Shown here: piece by piece, positions 12,040 through 24,389 of the stretch | Numbering within the stretch: position 1 is the first letter of the stretch | Layout: each line of letters opens with the position of its first letter | NCBI GenBank assembly: GCA_964276515.1 | Contig: OZ193909.1 | Span: forward strand, 10,974,001 to 11,038,000 | Source of the DNA: Gordius albopunctatus | Taxonomy: Eukaryota | Direction: 5' to 3' | DNA: 64,000 bases | Made by a program: the position numbers and the translations under genes | The notes under the pieces: model-generated | What the model was told of the DNA's origin: nothing | What the model saw: the letters and a program-made list of their open reading frames with translations, nothing else | The model's database searches: none

Positions 12040-13550
12040 GCACACCAAGCATTTTTTCTTGTATAAAATTGCTACTTAATACTTTAATTAATGTATAGCT
12101 TTCGGTCCTCCGCGGTGCTCTTACCCGGCGAGGCCTTGACAAAGTTTGATGCAAAACTTAGTTCTTTAACAGATGCAATAACCAATCAAACCCTAGGCTC
12201 TAAAACACTGGCAACAAGCTTGTCCTCCAACAAAACTGGGGAGGGGGGTTAGGCTTAGACTCAATAGCCTCCGTTTTTCTTTCGGCATTTCTATCAAGCC
12301 ACCTGCTCAATGAAAGCTCCATTTCATCATTAGCCCACATCCTGACAACTTACTAGACGTTACCTTTCAACAATGTAAGGACTTTTTTAGCTTTTCTACT
12401 CAAATCCTTAAAGCAAACACTCAAAAGTGTTGGAATGACCCCCTGTCCAAGTGCCTCCTAAAGTCTCTTATTAATGGCACTTCGGCAGAGCAACTTCCAT
12501 TGTTAAGGAGATTAGTTTCACGCTCGGGTCACGAATGGCTCGAAGCTTTCTCAAGCCGTAACCTCGGTCTACTCATTCAATAACGGATTCCAAATTGCAC
12601 TAAGCCTAAGATCAGGATGTAATATAGTTGCTGAATACACATTTTGCAATTTCGTGAAATCTTCGGCCATCATGGCCTACACAGTAATTCCAACAAAGCC
12701 AAATACCTTCGACATACCGCTGTTTACAAACTCATATAAAACTATTTAAGATAACTATCGTATTCGTAAAGGGAATTGGATTTAAAATATAAAAGTTTGA
12801 AGGAAGGGGAATCATCAGGAATAAATTGGGAGAATTGAGGAAAGGATAAGGGAATATATTGGGACGGGGGAAACCTTTTCCCCCGGTAAGGATAGTATTA
12901 ATTTTACTAAACCTTACATGACAGGTTTATTTAGGTTATTAATTATAAAACCAAGACTACAAAATTATAATAATTATTGATCAAACAACTTTCGATACAG
13001 TACGATGTGTGTAGAAATCAATGATGCGTATTGATAGAAATAACACACACCTATAAGCGCTTAGTGGGGGGGGGAATAACACGCGTAAATAAAATCAAAT
13101 GTAAAGGAAAAGTACCGCCTTTGAAGTGGTAGAGTTCAGTACTATGTATATAATCAGTACACAGATGTTGCAGTCCACGAACTTTGTATAAGATGACATG
13201 GGGGGCGGGAAAAATCTCCGGATACGACAATAACAAACGACCAGATAGCCAAAATATAGGCGTTTGGGAAAAAGGACTCAGTTTAGCATGGGATAATACA
13301 TGTACCGAAGTATTTGCCCCATCTAATCACAACAAAGATCCTCTTTTTAAAATATTCTGAACTTAACAGTACTATAAATTTCTGTCCCTTTGCGACAACT
13401 ACTCTTACAGCCGATGGTCCCAAGACTTAAAAATAGTTTTAAATAAAAGGAAAACAAATTTACTTACTATTCCATGACAATCGAGAATCGTTTTTTATAA
13501 CACAGAAAATCTGCATTATAATATGTAAATATAATTTATTAGCAATATCG
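12040..13550 (+). mobile_element. Degraded CRE-like RLE non-LTR retrotransposon (C-terminal part), interrupted at ~12740-13200
   Basis: Broken frames give GGLGL, EWLEAFSSRNLG, IALSLRSGC, FGHHGL..RH and KRPD..WEKGLSLAWDNTC..FAPSN, resembling CRE-clade zinc-knuckle and RLE regions. Confidence 0.6.
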
Positions 13551-14322
13551 AAATGTGCTCCCAATAATTTAAATTTCTAACTTTTATTTATTTATTTCAT
13601 CTTCACAAATTTTTTCGCATTAAAAAGTAAAAGATTAGATATTTTACCCTTAGTATTTAAAACCGACGTTTCAATGTTTGTGGCAGTGTTGTCACATACA
13701 ATAAATGTTGGACACATGCTTCTTAACGAGTATGCTTTAAGAACACTATCCAAAACCAAGAGAAGTTATGCTCTCTTCGATATGAAAGATAATTAATTTA
13801 TATGGGTGATCCAAGAAATTTATAAAGACCCTTTAGGAAGGTAATTTATTTTTAAAAAAATTAAGAAGAAATAGTGTCTATTGAGTTATTCATTGGGCCA
13901 GTTATCGGCATTTTCTTATAAAAAGTGGCTGATTCTCTCGCAAGTTTTGCTAACATATAAGTAAAGCATTGTGCGCATAATATTAAAAATTAACAAATTT
14001 TATCGCGTACGTAAATTACATTGATTACTACTATAATCAACACCTATAAAAAATAGAACACTCTTTGGAAGACTGTTGTCACATGGCTGATTTACTCACA
14101 CAAGATTACTGGAACACTTGTGGATAATATGAAAGAAATTTATTAATATTAAAATCCTGTTAATCCTATATTTGTAATAATATAATCCAAAGCTAAATTT
14201 AACCTTATAACTGATTGGTTTTTTTATTTATTGGAGTACGATCAATGGAAACATTCAAAATTTAACTAACATTTTCGACCTTATGACATTAATCTTCAAT
14301 TAAAATTTGCTTTTAAACTAAA

Positions 14323-17300
14323 ATGACAGACGCCGGTTTTTATAGGGTAAATCATTATAATTTGGTAGTTTTATTATAATTTAGGGCACAAATTCAGAGC
14401 AAGATAGTCGATTTAGTGATAAAAATAAGAAATTAATGAAACAGATGAAGTTTTCAGATTGCCTAGACAAAAAGGCATGCTATATAAAACGTAATGTATA
14501 CTATCTATTTATAGGTTAATATCTCAAAAATAAATTTGGAAGTTATAAAACCTTGGATTACACAACGTTTATGTGAATTATTAAATTTTGAGGATGATGT
14601 TGTAATAGAATTTGTTATCAATCAATTACTGGAAAAAGTATTCTGATAATTATATTTGCTCTTATATATTTTGTAAAGCATATGTTACAATATATTTAAT
14701 TTACTATAGTAAATCAATAAGGATATATATATTAGGTTAACTTCTAATTCCTTAGTATAATATAAATTTATTTTAAATAAAATGTTTAGGTTAATTTTTG
14801 TTTGATTTCTATTTTAGAATAGATTAACTGAGTTGGTATTTTATTGTTTTTTATTATTATTTGTGAATAAATATTACATAATTTTATTTTATATAGTATC
14901 ATTAATTTATAAATTTGAATAATTTGTGTCATTATATTTTATTAGACAGTTGACCCCAAGTTGATGCAAATAAATTTGACTGGATTTTTGAATGCAAAAA
15001 ATGCTAGAATATTTATGGGTGATTTATGGCAACTTTTACTCAGTGCTCAAAATAATATTGGTGGAATACCTGAAACATTTGTTCAACAAAAGAAAGAGGA
15101 AATTAAGAAACAAATGGTTAGTGTGAAATATATTTGTGATAAAAACCTTTTAGCCTAACAATTACAGACTGAAATTTTATTTGTTTAGAGAATAACTATA
15201 TGCACTTCACCAATTTTTAGATATTAATTTAAAAATCATAACAACATTATTTGTAATTTATTTTAAGGCAAATAATGTGCCTTGGGTTGACTTGGATTAA
15301 CTAGTTATGCCATTTAAAAAAGAAAGGTATAAATGATCATACTTTATGAGTTTTTAATGTAGTTTTATGCCCTATAAATTTTTTTAATTATTAAAGTTAT
15401 TAATAATATGTGTTTACCAATTTTAATTGAGAATTAGGAAATTGTTAATTGAAACTATTTACAATTTTAACAATGTAATTTAGATTGCTGTTAATGTCTA
15501 AGTCTTTCATCATTTAACTTCATCCTTATTTAGCCTACTATGACTTCTTTGCTTTTAACTTGTTAATAAAGATAACTTTTTGTATATTATTTAAGAGGCT
15601 GTATTAAAATCTAGTTTAAAATTGTGAAAGTTTTATTTTAGGAAATTAATTTATTAACCATTTATATGTTGTGCTCTCTTTTTTTGCAAAATCTTCTCGC
15701 AATGACATAAATTCATCTAGAAATTGAGATAACCGCTCTTTTTACTGTAAAGGGCTTAATTGTGTCAGGAGCCCTGTGTGAAAGGCTAAAAAACATCATT
15801 TTTAATATTTATCTTTATTTGCCTAAAATGAAATGACAAATTAGTTGTGATACTTATTTCCTTAATACACCCCACTACCTCTACCTTATAGCGGTTAGAC
15901 TGTATTTGAACTTATCAAACTATTACTTTATAGTTTAACCCTAACCAACAAAAAACACTGTGTGAGCCCATGAATATTTTAGGACTTAAGAACTGATTTA
16001 TTTCAAATTAGTTGATGTTGTGTAGATTTAACAATGCATTTTTTTCCATTAATAAAAAAGGCATCATTTCAATTTCTCAAATTAAGTAGTTTTTTTTAAA
16101 TTTAGTACAGTCTTAATCCTTCAAGGATTTTTATAACTTATAAATCTTATATTCTTCGTCAGGTATGAGCGCTCCAAAAAACATTTGGCCCCAACCAATT
16201 TTTTCATTTGTGCGGGCGGCCTACTCAAGCTTAAATTTTGTTTTGTTATTTGGCTTGATACAAGCTCGGCCCAGCATTATATACCCAACCTTTTAGCTTT
16301 ACCACATATATATTACAAGCAGTCATAGAAAGAAGAAGAAGACGCTATTCCCGATGTTTTGCTTATATAACAAACTTGTTCATAAATGTGTAGTGTATAT
16401 ATATAATATAAATATAGATGATTATGTGTTTTTATAGTATTGTATTTGTACCAAAAACACCCACTTTTTATCGAGCCATGAAATGTTTCTTAAAGCGCAC
16501 TTTATATTTGATTAAGTAAATGGTGATGTTTTACGGTATCAAGAATATTTATTTGTTACAGCTTTATATATTGTAAAAGAAACGGGCGTAGTTGAGTAAA
16601 AAATTGAGACACAAATGACAAATCAATCGTAGAAAAAAGTTTAAGGTAATTAGTAGCACCATAACGATAAATAGGTATAAAAAACGTAGTATAAACGATC
16701 CGCTAGATGGCGGTATAGACTACCAAAAAACAGGGTTACGGCTGTCGCAGGTCGATAAAAAGTATCTATAAATCATCTAGGATGCTAGGGCAATGATCCG
16801 ACCAAATTTGGTGGTAATCGGTCGAGAACTTTAGGAGTTATTAGAGGCCGAAGAAAACGGAGTTACATTTAGATTTATATATAGATTAGTAATTTATCAA
16901 ATAAGCTTATATAATACTCTTTTTAACTGGTATGGTTTTGAATATTCATAAAAAAGCGTGTTTACACATAATATCTTAATATTGTATTTCTTATATAGGA
17001 GGATAATGCAAAACTCCAAATGAAAGATTCGCCTAAAACTCACCTTGATGCCTCCTCTACCAGGTATACACTATGTTATTTCAGGCTTTTGTGTTGAACG
17101 AGTGATCAAAATATTTGATTTCATATTTGATAAAAAAATATATCCGCCTAGCTAGTGCTGCCGCTTTTTTAAACACTTTTTTATTTTCTATACTTGAATT
17201 CATCAGATCTGATAATAAATTTTATATGTATTTTTCATATTAATGTTTTCGCGAAATAAGCTTAATAATTGGGCAGGTTGGTTTTGGTACACATTTTGAA

Positions 17301-20300
17301 TATATTTCATAATTACCTGCTTATAATTAATTCCTTTTGTCGAAACCCTGATTCTAATAACTAAGGTACACTCCTTAAAATCGCTATAAAATAAATTTTT
17401 TGGTTTAGAGAAATTTTGCGTCACCAGCAACCGAATTCGCTATTTAAAGGGTTTTTGTTGTTGTTGGGAGACTACCCGAATAAGGCCCACAAGGATGTGT
17501 CTCGATATTCTTAATAATTTATTCTCCTAACACTCAAATTATTATCAAATACCCTTTTTTCGAGATCGTGTTTAATTATTTTTATATTTACAAGAATTAA
17601 GTTAGGCAGAATTTATGGCGGTACGGGTCATGCGAAAGTAATAATTCGTGGTCTTGACCTATAATTTTGTTGTGTTTGACATCTTTATGATTTTATTAAC
17701 AGCGAAAGTAAGAGAACTAGTGGTAAGGAAAAGCGCAGTGATCACCATCATCATCACTCATCTCGACGACACAGGAGCCGGAGTAACCATAAAAGGCGGC
17801 ACAGTGGTAGTTCTAAGCGCCACAAAGCTCGGCATCATTCTAGGAGCAGCCGTCGTCACGCGCATAAAGACAGACACAGGAGATCACCCTCTACCCACAG
17901 CCAGGAGCATCGTTCATCACGAGAAGCATCTTATGATTCGGGCGAGGATGAAAGGTCCAGGCATGTTTTGAATGAAGAGCCACGTGTGAAACCCCATAAC
18001 GAGCCAGAGTAAACGAACGAACCACATATATAGCATGTTTTAATTTCAATTTGAGCTCGTATAGGTCTTAACCTTGAGCTATATAGAGTAGATATATGGC
18101 TGGCTCTAATTTATAGTTGCTGCCGGGCCCACAATCGCGCAACTTTTCTTTTCGGCCCGCACTCAGTGTAGATTAAAATTGCGTTGGATCAGGCATTCGC
18201 AAATTTAAAAATAGCGTGCATTGTTTGAAAATTCTTTATTTGCGTTATAAAAGGGTTGTTTTTTTTATAATGTTAAGTTCGTGAAACAGGATTCAGATGC
18301 AAAAGTATAATTTAAATATTGTCATTTAAGAGCAAAAAGATATATTTTATAGGACTATGTGATCTGATCAGATCCTTCATACTAGTCACGCTGATGGTTG
18401 TAATTGCCAGTAACAATTGTTGGGAAGCACATCTGACTAAAAATCCATTTTGAAATTTAGTTCTCAAGATAAGTGTCAACTTCATTAAGATAATTTATCT
18501 TTTTCAGTGACATCATCCTCTCTAATCAAAATATCCACATCTGTTTTACCCGGGCCTCACTTATATATGATTTCAATCAGTTACTTCTGAATCGCTTATT
18601 GTCGAATGACTATTGCAAGGGGAGTCAGAATCGATTTGCATTATTTTCACTTGTTTATTTCATGATCAAATAGTATCTTTAATTTCCAAAGCTTCGGAAT
18701 AAAAAAGCTGATATTTAATGATAAAGATCATTGCCAAACTTTCAAATAAACATAGTTCTTGTTCTTGATTTCAGTATCTCTGAAATGGGCTCTTTGTTAT
18801 GCCGGATAAATTTAATAGAATCTGACCTCTAGATCTGTGATTGCCATTTATAAGCGGCAATCAAATTAATTTTGAGAGTAAGGTGCTTTAAAAATGTCAT
18901 TGAGTTTTTTTAACTTATTTTTATCTGATTAAAATTATTGCATCATAACTTATGTTATGCAGTTTTACTAGTAATTTACTTCTTAATGGTAGTTTTACTT
19001 AAATATTGACTATCATTTTGTTCGAAATATGTGGTTTCCTTGCTTTCTTTAAGTTTTCTTTAAAAAAGTATTGATTAAACGAGCTGATAAATTTAATATC
19101 TTTAAAGACTTTGTTCTTTTTAATATTTACTCTTTAATTGGAAACAAATCCTAACCTAAAAAAATTCTCTTTTAAATAACTAAGCCGAGTAAAAAATGAT
19201 ATTAACTCCTGATATCTAGTAGATTGTATTTTTTCTATTCGTTGGGTGGTTGGCTTGTAAGTCACACCTTTTAATTACATTGCAATCTTTAATATGAGGT
19301 AGTGAGGTAATTTGTGTAAAGGTTGGTACTTGCATTACACCAAGAATTTTGTAATGCATTTTGCTTATTTTTAATTTTCTGCATAAGTATCCATATTTTT
19401 TGCCATGATGGTTGAGTGTATCGGCCTCAAAATGCATGTTTCGCCCTACCACAACAATAAGGTTATATCAAAAAGCTTTCTTATGCAAAAAGTGTTGAAT
19501 AGATAATAAGATTTTTGAGGGAGGTCAGCAGCGTTCATATAGTTGCTCGACGATAGTTAAGGCACATCACGAAACGATCGGAATAAGTATGGAGGATCAT
19601 AATAAAGTTAAGTATTTGTTGAGCATTTAAGTTACAAGGTGAGAAAAGAACGATACAGGGGTGTCCCTTTTAAAAACAATCCTTTGTCCTATGGAACGAG
19701 TGACAAACCGTCAGGACCCATAAATTCATTTTTCAAATAAATCAATTTATAAAATATTTTTGATAATTTTTTGTTTCTTAGGGAAACAAAAGATTTTAAA
19801 GATGATTCTAGAAATTTGGTGTCTCAACGAGCCGTTCAGGTATGTTTATTAAATTTACGTTACTTTCAAAATATTTTTGTATGATCTTAATGCCGAGAAC
19901 TATAATTTGTTAGGTTTTTTAAAGCAACAATTAAATATGGTACATTGGAATTTAACAATATATTATTTTTTGGAACTTAAGTCCAATTTTAATGAATAGG
20001 AATCACTGTTTGCCTTAAAGCTTAAGTTATTTAAAATAAAAATATTATCTAATATAATTTTGACCTGAACCCTTGTATTTTTAAACTATTTTTATTATGA
20101 CTGCAACTATCTTGTTTCTGAAAATTCTGGCCGGTTGCTGATTGTTGCATGGATATCATATTTCTTAAAAATTGTCAAAGTTTCATTTTATATTCAATTG
20201 GTAAAATCATTTTCGATTACGACATCACATGTTTAATTATTTTAATTTCAATGTTTTTTTTAATTTTCTATTATTTTACATTTTTTGAGTTGTGATTAAA

Positions 20301-20609
20301 TGTGCAAGCACACTTTATTAGCAAAACCTTTTCTGGAGTAATTTTTTAACTTAAAGTTTCTAAAAATGTTTCTCTTGAATGCTGAATAAAATATGTCCAT
20401 AGCCACCAAGTGCCGAACCAAATAATGACCATTCGGAAGAATTGTTAAGACTGAAAGCTTTGAATTCCCTAAATCATCACAAACAGAAGGATCTTTCAAA
20501 ACCCCATATCAGGGCTTCGATATCTTCCAGTGATAGCAATTCAGAAATAACATCGAGCTCAAGTTCATCATCTGAAACATCTTCTGATTCAGATATGGGG
20601 GAAAATTAA
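14323..20609 (+). CDS. SRRM1: Serine/arginine repetitive matrix protein 1 (SRm160, PWI domain), ~347 aa; exons 14323-14346, 14385-14474, 14515-14637, 14946-15116, 16999-17063, 17703-18008, 19782-19839, 20403-20609
   Basis: Spliced product MTDAGFYRGTNSEQDSRFSDKNKKLMKQMKFSDCLDKKVNISKINLEVIKPWITQRL...MQINLTGFLNAKNARIFMGDLW... matches the SRRM1 N-terminus and PWI domain. It has an R/S/H-rich middle and a C-terminal EELLRLKALNSL motif. All exon phases are consistent (1044 nt). Confidence 0.92.
16520..16885 (-). mobile_element. Helitron 5' fragment in an SRRM1 intron
   Basis: Reverse complement is similar to 53314-53670 (TCTATATATA start, GCCATCTAGCGGAT, CTCAACTACGCCCGTTT). Confidence 0.65.
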
Positions 20610-22028
20610 ATGTGACCAGGCCTCCTATTGTTTTCATGATCAATTTGTTTATATCTATCTATATATAGCCATTTGTAAATTAAACGATTCACGCTGTCAA
20701 AAATAAATTTTTTAAGATTATTCGATAATTTTATAATCTTATTAAAAATGGTATCACATTATATAAAATGTATATTTGCTAGCAAGTTACAAACAATTTT
20801 CTAAGTCACTGATTGATTAAGCTGAGCCAAAATAATGGCATTAATCATTTTGCTTAATATTATAATTAGATTAGTAAATATAAATTTAATATATACTAAT
20901 TTGATTATTGTGCTCGTTTTGCAAATTCGTTTAATCACAACCTTGGGTCGGCTGCCTGGCGTTACGTCCGCAAAAAACTTGATGACTCCATCTAAGGGTT
21001 TTAAATTTAATTCAGTCGATATCATGTATTACGTTTATCTTAAGCACGGTGGCAGTATCCAAAGTATGTTGCAATTTTTTTTCTAAATCTATTTTGTTTC
21101 TTTTAAATATTTCGTAATTGCAAGCAGAGCAGAAAAGCTTGTCACACGAGCGTGATATTACTAGACACACCTTCAAATTAAGTGGTCTCCCTTCTATGGG
21201 ATTGGGTAAAGGCGAGTTAGAGGGCTCCATTCTTTGTATAGATATGAATGATCTAATCAAATTTTCTTCTTTTTATTGGGGGGGGGGCGAATGTCCCACC
21301 TAAAAACACCAAATTAATTTATTTTTATAGCCTAAAATATTATATGAAAAAAATGGATTATATCTTAATTTATATGAATGAATCAGGGAAAGTTCATTTT
21401 TTGAGGGGGCAAATGGCCCATCGAGATAACACTATATTCATTTTTTGCCTATTAAAAATTTATATTATATACAATAAATGAATTTAAACATAATATATTA
21501 AAAACATAAAGAACTAAAAACAAAAATTTCACCTTTAATAAATATTATGTATATGAAAGATTTATAAAAATTTGTTTTTAATGGGGAGATGTCGTGGGGC
21601 TAACATTCCACCCTAATTTAAATAGCAGTTTTAATACTATATACATAAAATCAATATAAAAATATCCAAAATGCTAAATATATTTAAAATAATAAATAGC
21701 AAAATTTGACCTTAAAAAAATAGTATGTCAATAAAGATGATTTATTGATAACTCAAATCATGTGAAATATTTTCGGGCAGGCGCCGTATCAAAACTTTGC
21801 CTTAATGACATTGTTTATATTAATTGGTATGGGCTTTGTAGTGTATTATTTTGGTTTTGTCTATTTGTCACTTTATTTGAATGAAGATCGATAAATAAAT
21901 TTAAATTTTTTAAAAAATATAATGAAATTACTGCTAAAAATGCTAGGTATGAGTGAGCTCGGGTAAGATTGAAATTGGTCTAAGGCCTTAATTAAAGCTA
22001 CATTTTAAGGCTACAACTTGACCCAAAC

Positions 22029-22584
22029 TAGAGGCCTGCACGGGTCACCCGAAACCCTCGGGTTGAAAATTTTAGAATGCATTCGGGTCGGGTGAAAGGA
22101 TATGAATCTTACATCACAAAATGAAGGAAACGTATTTGTTAAATTAATGCTATTATCTATGATTTTAGTTATACAATATATTCATCCATTGAATCAATTT
22201 TCTTTTAGATTTTTTAATTCGTTTAATTTGGAGGCAAATTTAAATTTAAAGCTGAATCACGAAAGGTAAAATATTAACAAATGAGTATTTATTATTGTTT
22301 ATAGTCATGTAAATATCCGACATTGTCAAGATTGGCTCGTAAATTTTTGGCCATACCCGCTTCTTCTACCATCCACTGCTGGGAGAATTATAGAAGAGAG
22401 AAGCTCTAATTTACGCCCGAAATTGTAGACGCCACAATATTTATACATCATTATAGTAAATCAATTTAATAAATTTATTAATCAAGTTTTGTATGATCAT
22501 TTCTGTCGAATAAATTTTTCCGGGTTGAAAATTGAAAAACGCTTTCGGGTTCGGGTTGAAAAAAAGTGAATTTGCAGGCCTCTA
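22029..22584 (+). mobile_element. Small hAT derivative with hATC remnant
   Basis: TIRs TAGAGGCCTGCA / TGCAGGCCTCTA; 8-bp TSD ACCCAAAC; internal KYPTLSRLARKFLAIPASST..STAGRIIEER. Confidence 0.9.
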
Positions 22585-22861
22585 ACCCAAACATAAAGCA
22601 AATTTTAACGTTCATGCAAAAATATAGTATTCCCTTCAAAGTTTTGATCGAAAAGATTAAGAGCTATATCCAAGCAAACATTTGATTTTGTAAACTTGTA
22701 AAAAAGAAACGATCACCATATGTCTTTATTTTTGTTATAGCGTTAGTAATTTTTTAAGATATATTCTATAATTTATATTGATGAAACACAAATCGTAAGT
22801 AAAAGCAATGCAAACATTTGTTTGTACTATGTACTAAATAGATTTCAGGAAAATGACAAAA

Positions 22862-24389
22862 TTAGTCTTTCCATCGCTTTTTTTCATAATCCCAACAACC
22901 ACCAGGCCCTGTAATATGCTGATGTCCTGAGTCAATCATGCGTTTCAACACTTGTTCCTGATACTCTTTAGTATATGTTGGTGGGACTTCGTCAAATACT
23001 AAAATATCAAAAGTACATTTAACATAATTTAAAACTAAAACATGCCTAATTATATCAAAAATTGGTTCACTTTTATCCAAATAAACTTATTTACACATAT
23101 TACCACTAATATATTTAATAATATTAAATTAATTTTTATTGATTTAATAGTAGCATTTATATATAAGTAGAGTGAGCATGCAATTAAATCATTTTATTTT
23201 GACTTATATTTCAATCAAAAGCATTGAGATAGTAAAAAAATCTGAAGTCTTGCAATGCCATAGACATTTTATTTGTATATAATTGTATTAGCAAATTTAA
23301 TAATCAAAAAAGTTCAAAAAATAAATTTATGTTACAAAAATTTTCAATAAATTTTGCTGCACATCACTCAGAAACATAGGTTCAAATTTAGTGTGAAGAG
23401 AAAAATTAGTGTAAATAATAACTTCAGGTAAATTGACACCTATTTTCTAATTAAAATTCAACTATAATTATGATATTAGTAGTGGAATCAAATAAAAAAT
23501 TTTTTTGAACAAAACAAGTGATGGATGCTTTTATTTCAATTTTATGGTAATGTAAAATATTACTTCTACTTTATATAAAGTCTAAATGCTTGAAAAGTTA
23601 TTAGACAAATATATAAGTGTTTATGCATAATGTTCCTTAAAATCCCAAAATTTACACAAAAAACTATTTTAAACTGTAAATTTAAATTGTGTTTATCAAG
23701 TTTTGGAAAAAAATAATAAATGTTAAAAAAATTAAATATAAACAATATAATCATTATGAGAAATAATTATAGTTTGATCAACTTGAGTTTAAAGATAAAA
23801 ACCTAAATTTAAATGAATTTATCAATTAATGGTACAGATTCTTTTAAATTATCAATATACTATATCGACTAGTCCAGATAAATAACCAAAATGACACAGT
23901 TGACATCAAAAAAACTGTTGCCAAATAGTTCTTCCAATAGGGAATTTTTGCATTCATCTCTGAGTATGTGAGGCAAAAGCTTGCTCGATATACTAATATT
24001 AAGTATAATGGTATGTTTAATAAATTATTATCACACACAAAATTCATTGTTATTTTTCAAATAAACTGTCATAATATTTTTTATTAATTTTATAGATTAT
24101 ATTACAATTTCTCTTATCTTCCAGAGACAATTTATTCCAATCACCCTGTTCTTTTTCTCTTAATTGTAAGATGTCGGTTGTGTTTTCGCGAAATCTAACT
24201 GAGGGACATGGAGTAATTGCACGATCTAGAAGCAATATTTTAATTTATCTACTTTATATATATACCAAAATACATCGGCTCGCCATTAATACCAAATCCA
24301 ACAATATCTCTGTTTTTTACGAGAAGATTTCCATACATACCAGCCTTAGATGTAACCCAAATCTTTTTGGCTGCTAAAAGTTGACGCAT
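22862..24389 (-). CDS. COX4: Cytochrome c oxidase subunit 4, ~170 aa; exons 24389-24266, 24225-24106, 23992-23861, 22998-22862
   Basis: Spliced product MRQLLAAKKIW...NRDIVGFGINGEPMYFDRAITPCPSVRFRENTTDILQLREKEQGDWNKLSLEDKRNLYRASFCLTYSEM...TM helix...WDYEKKRWKD* carries typical invertebrate COX4 motifs; GT-AG introns with consistent phases. Confidence 0.93.

Noticed and set aside
17648..17971. 107-aa ORF MVLTYNF...
   Set aside because: Wrong frame; the real SRRM1 exon (17703-18008) uses another frame, fixed by the splice phases.
18120..19450. Possible hAT relic in SRRM1 intron 6 (NEVDTYL-like remnant)
   Set aside because: Too degraded; no TIR or TSD could be fixed.
24310..24340. Apparent 31-nt GTATGT..CAG intron in COX4 exon 1
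   Set aside because: The unspliced frame is open and gives the conserved NRDIVGFG; no intron is required.
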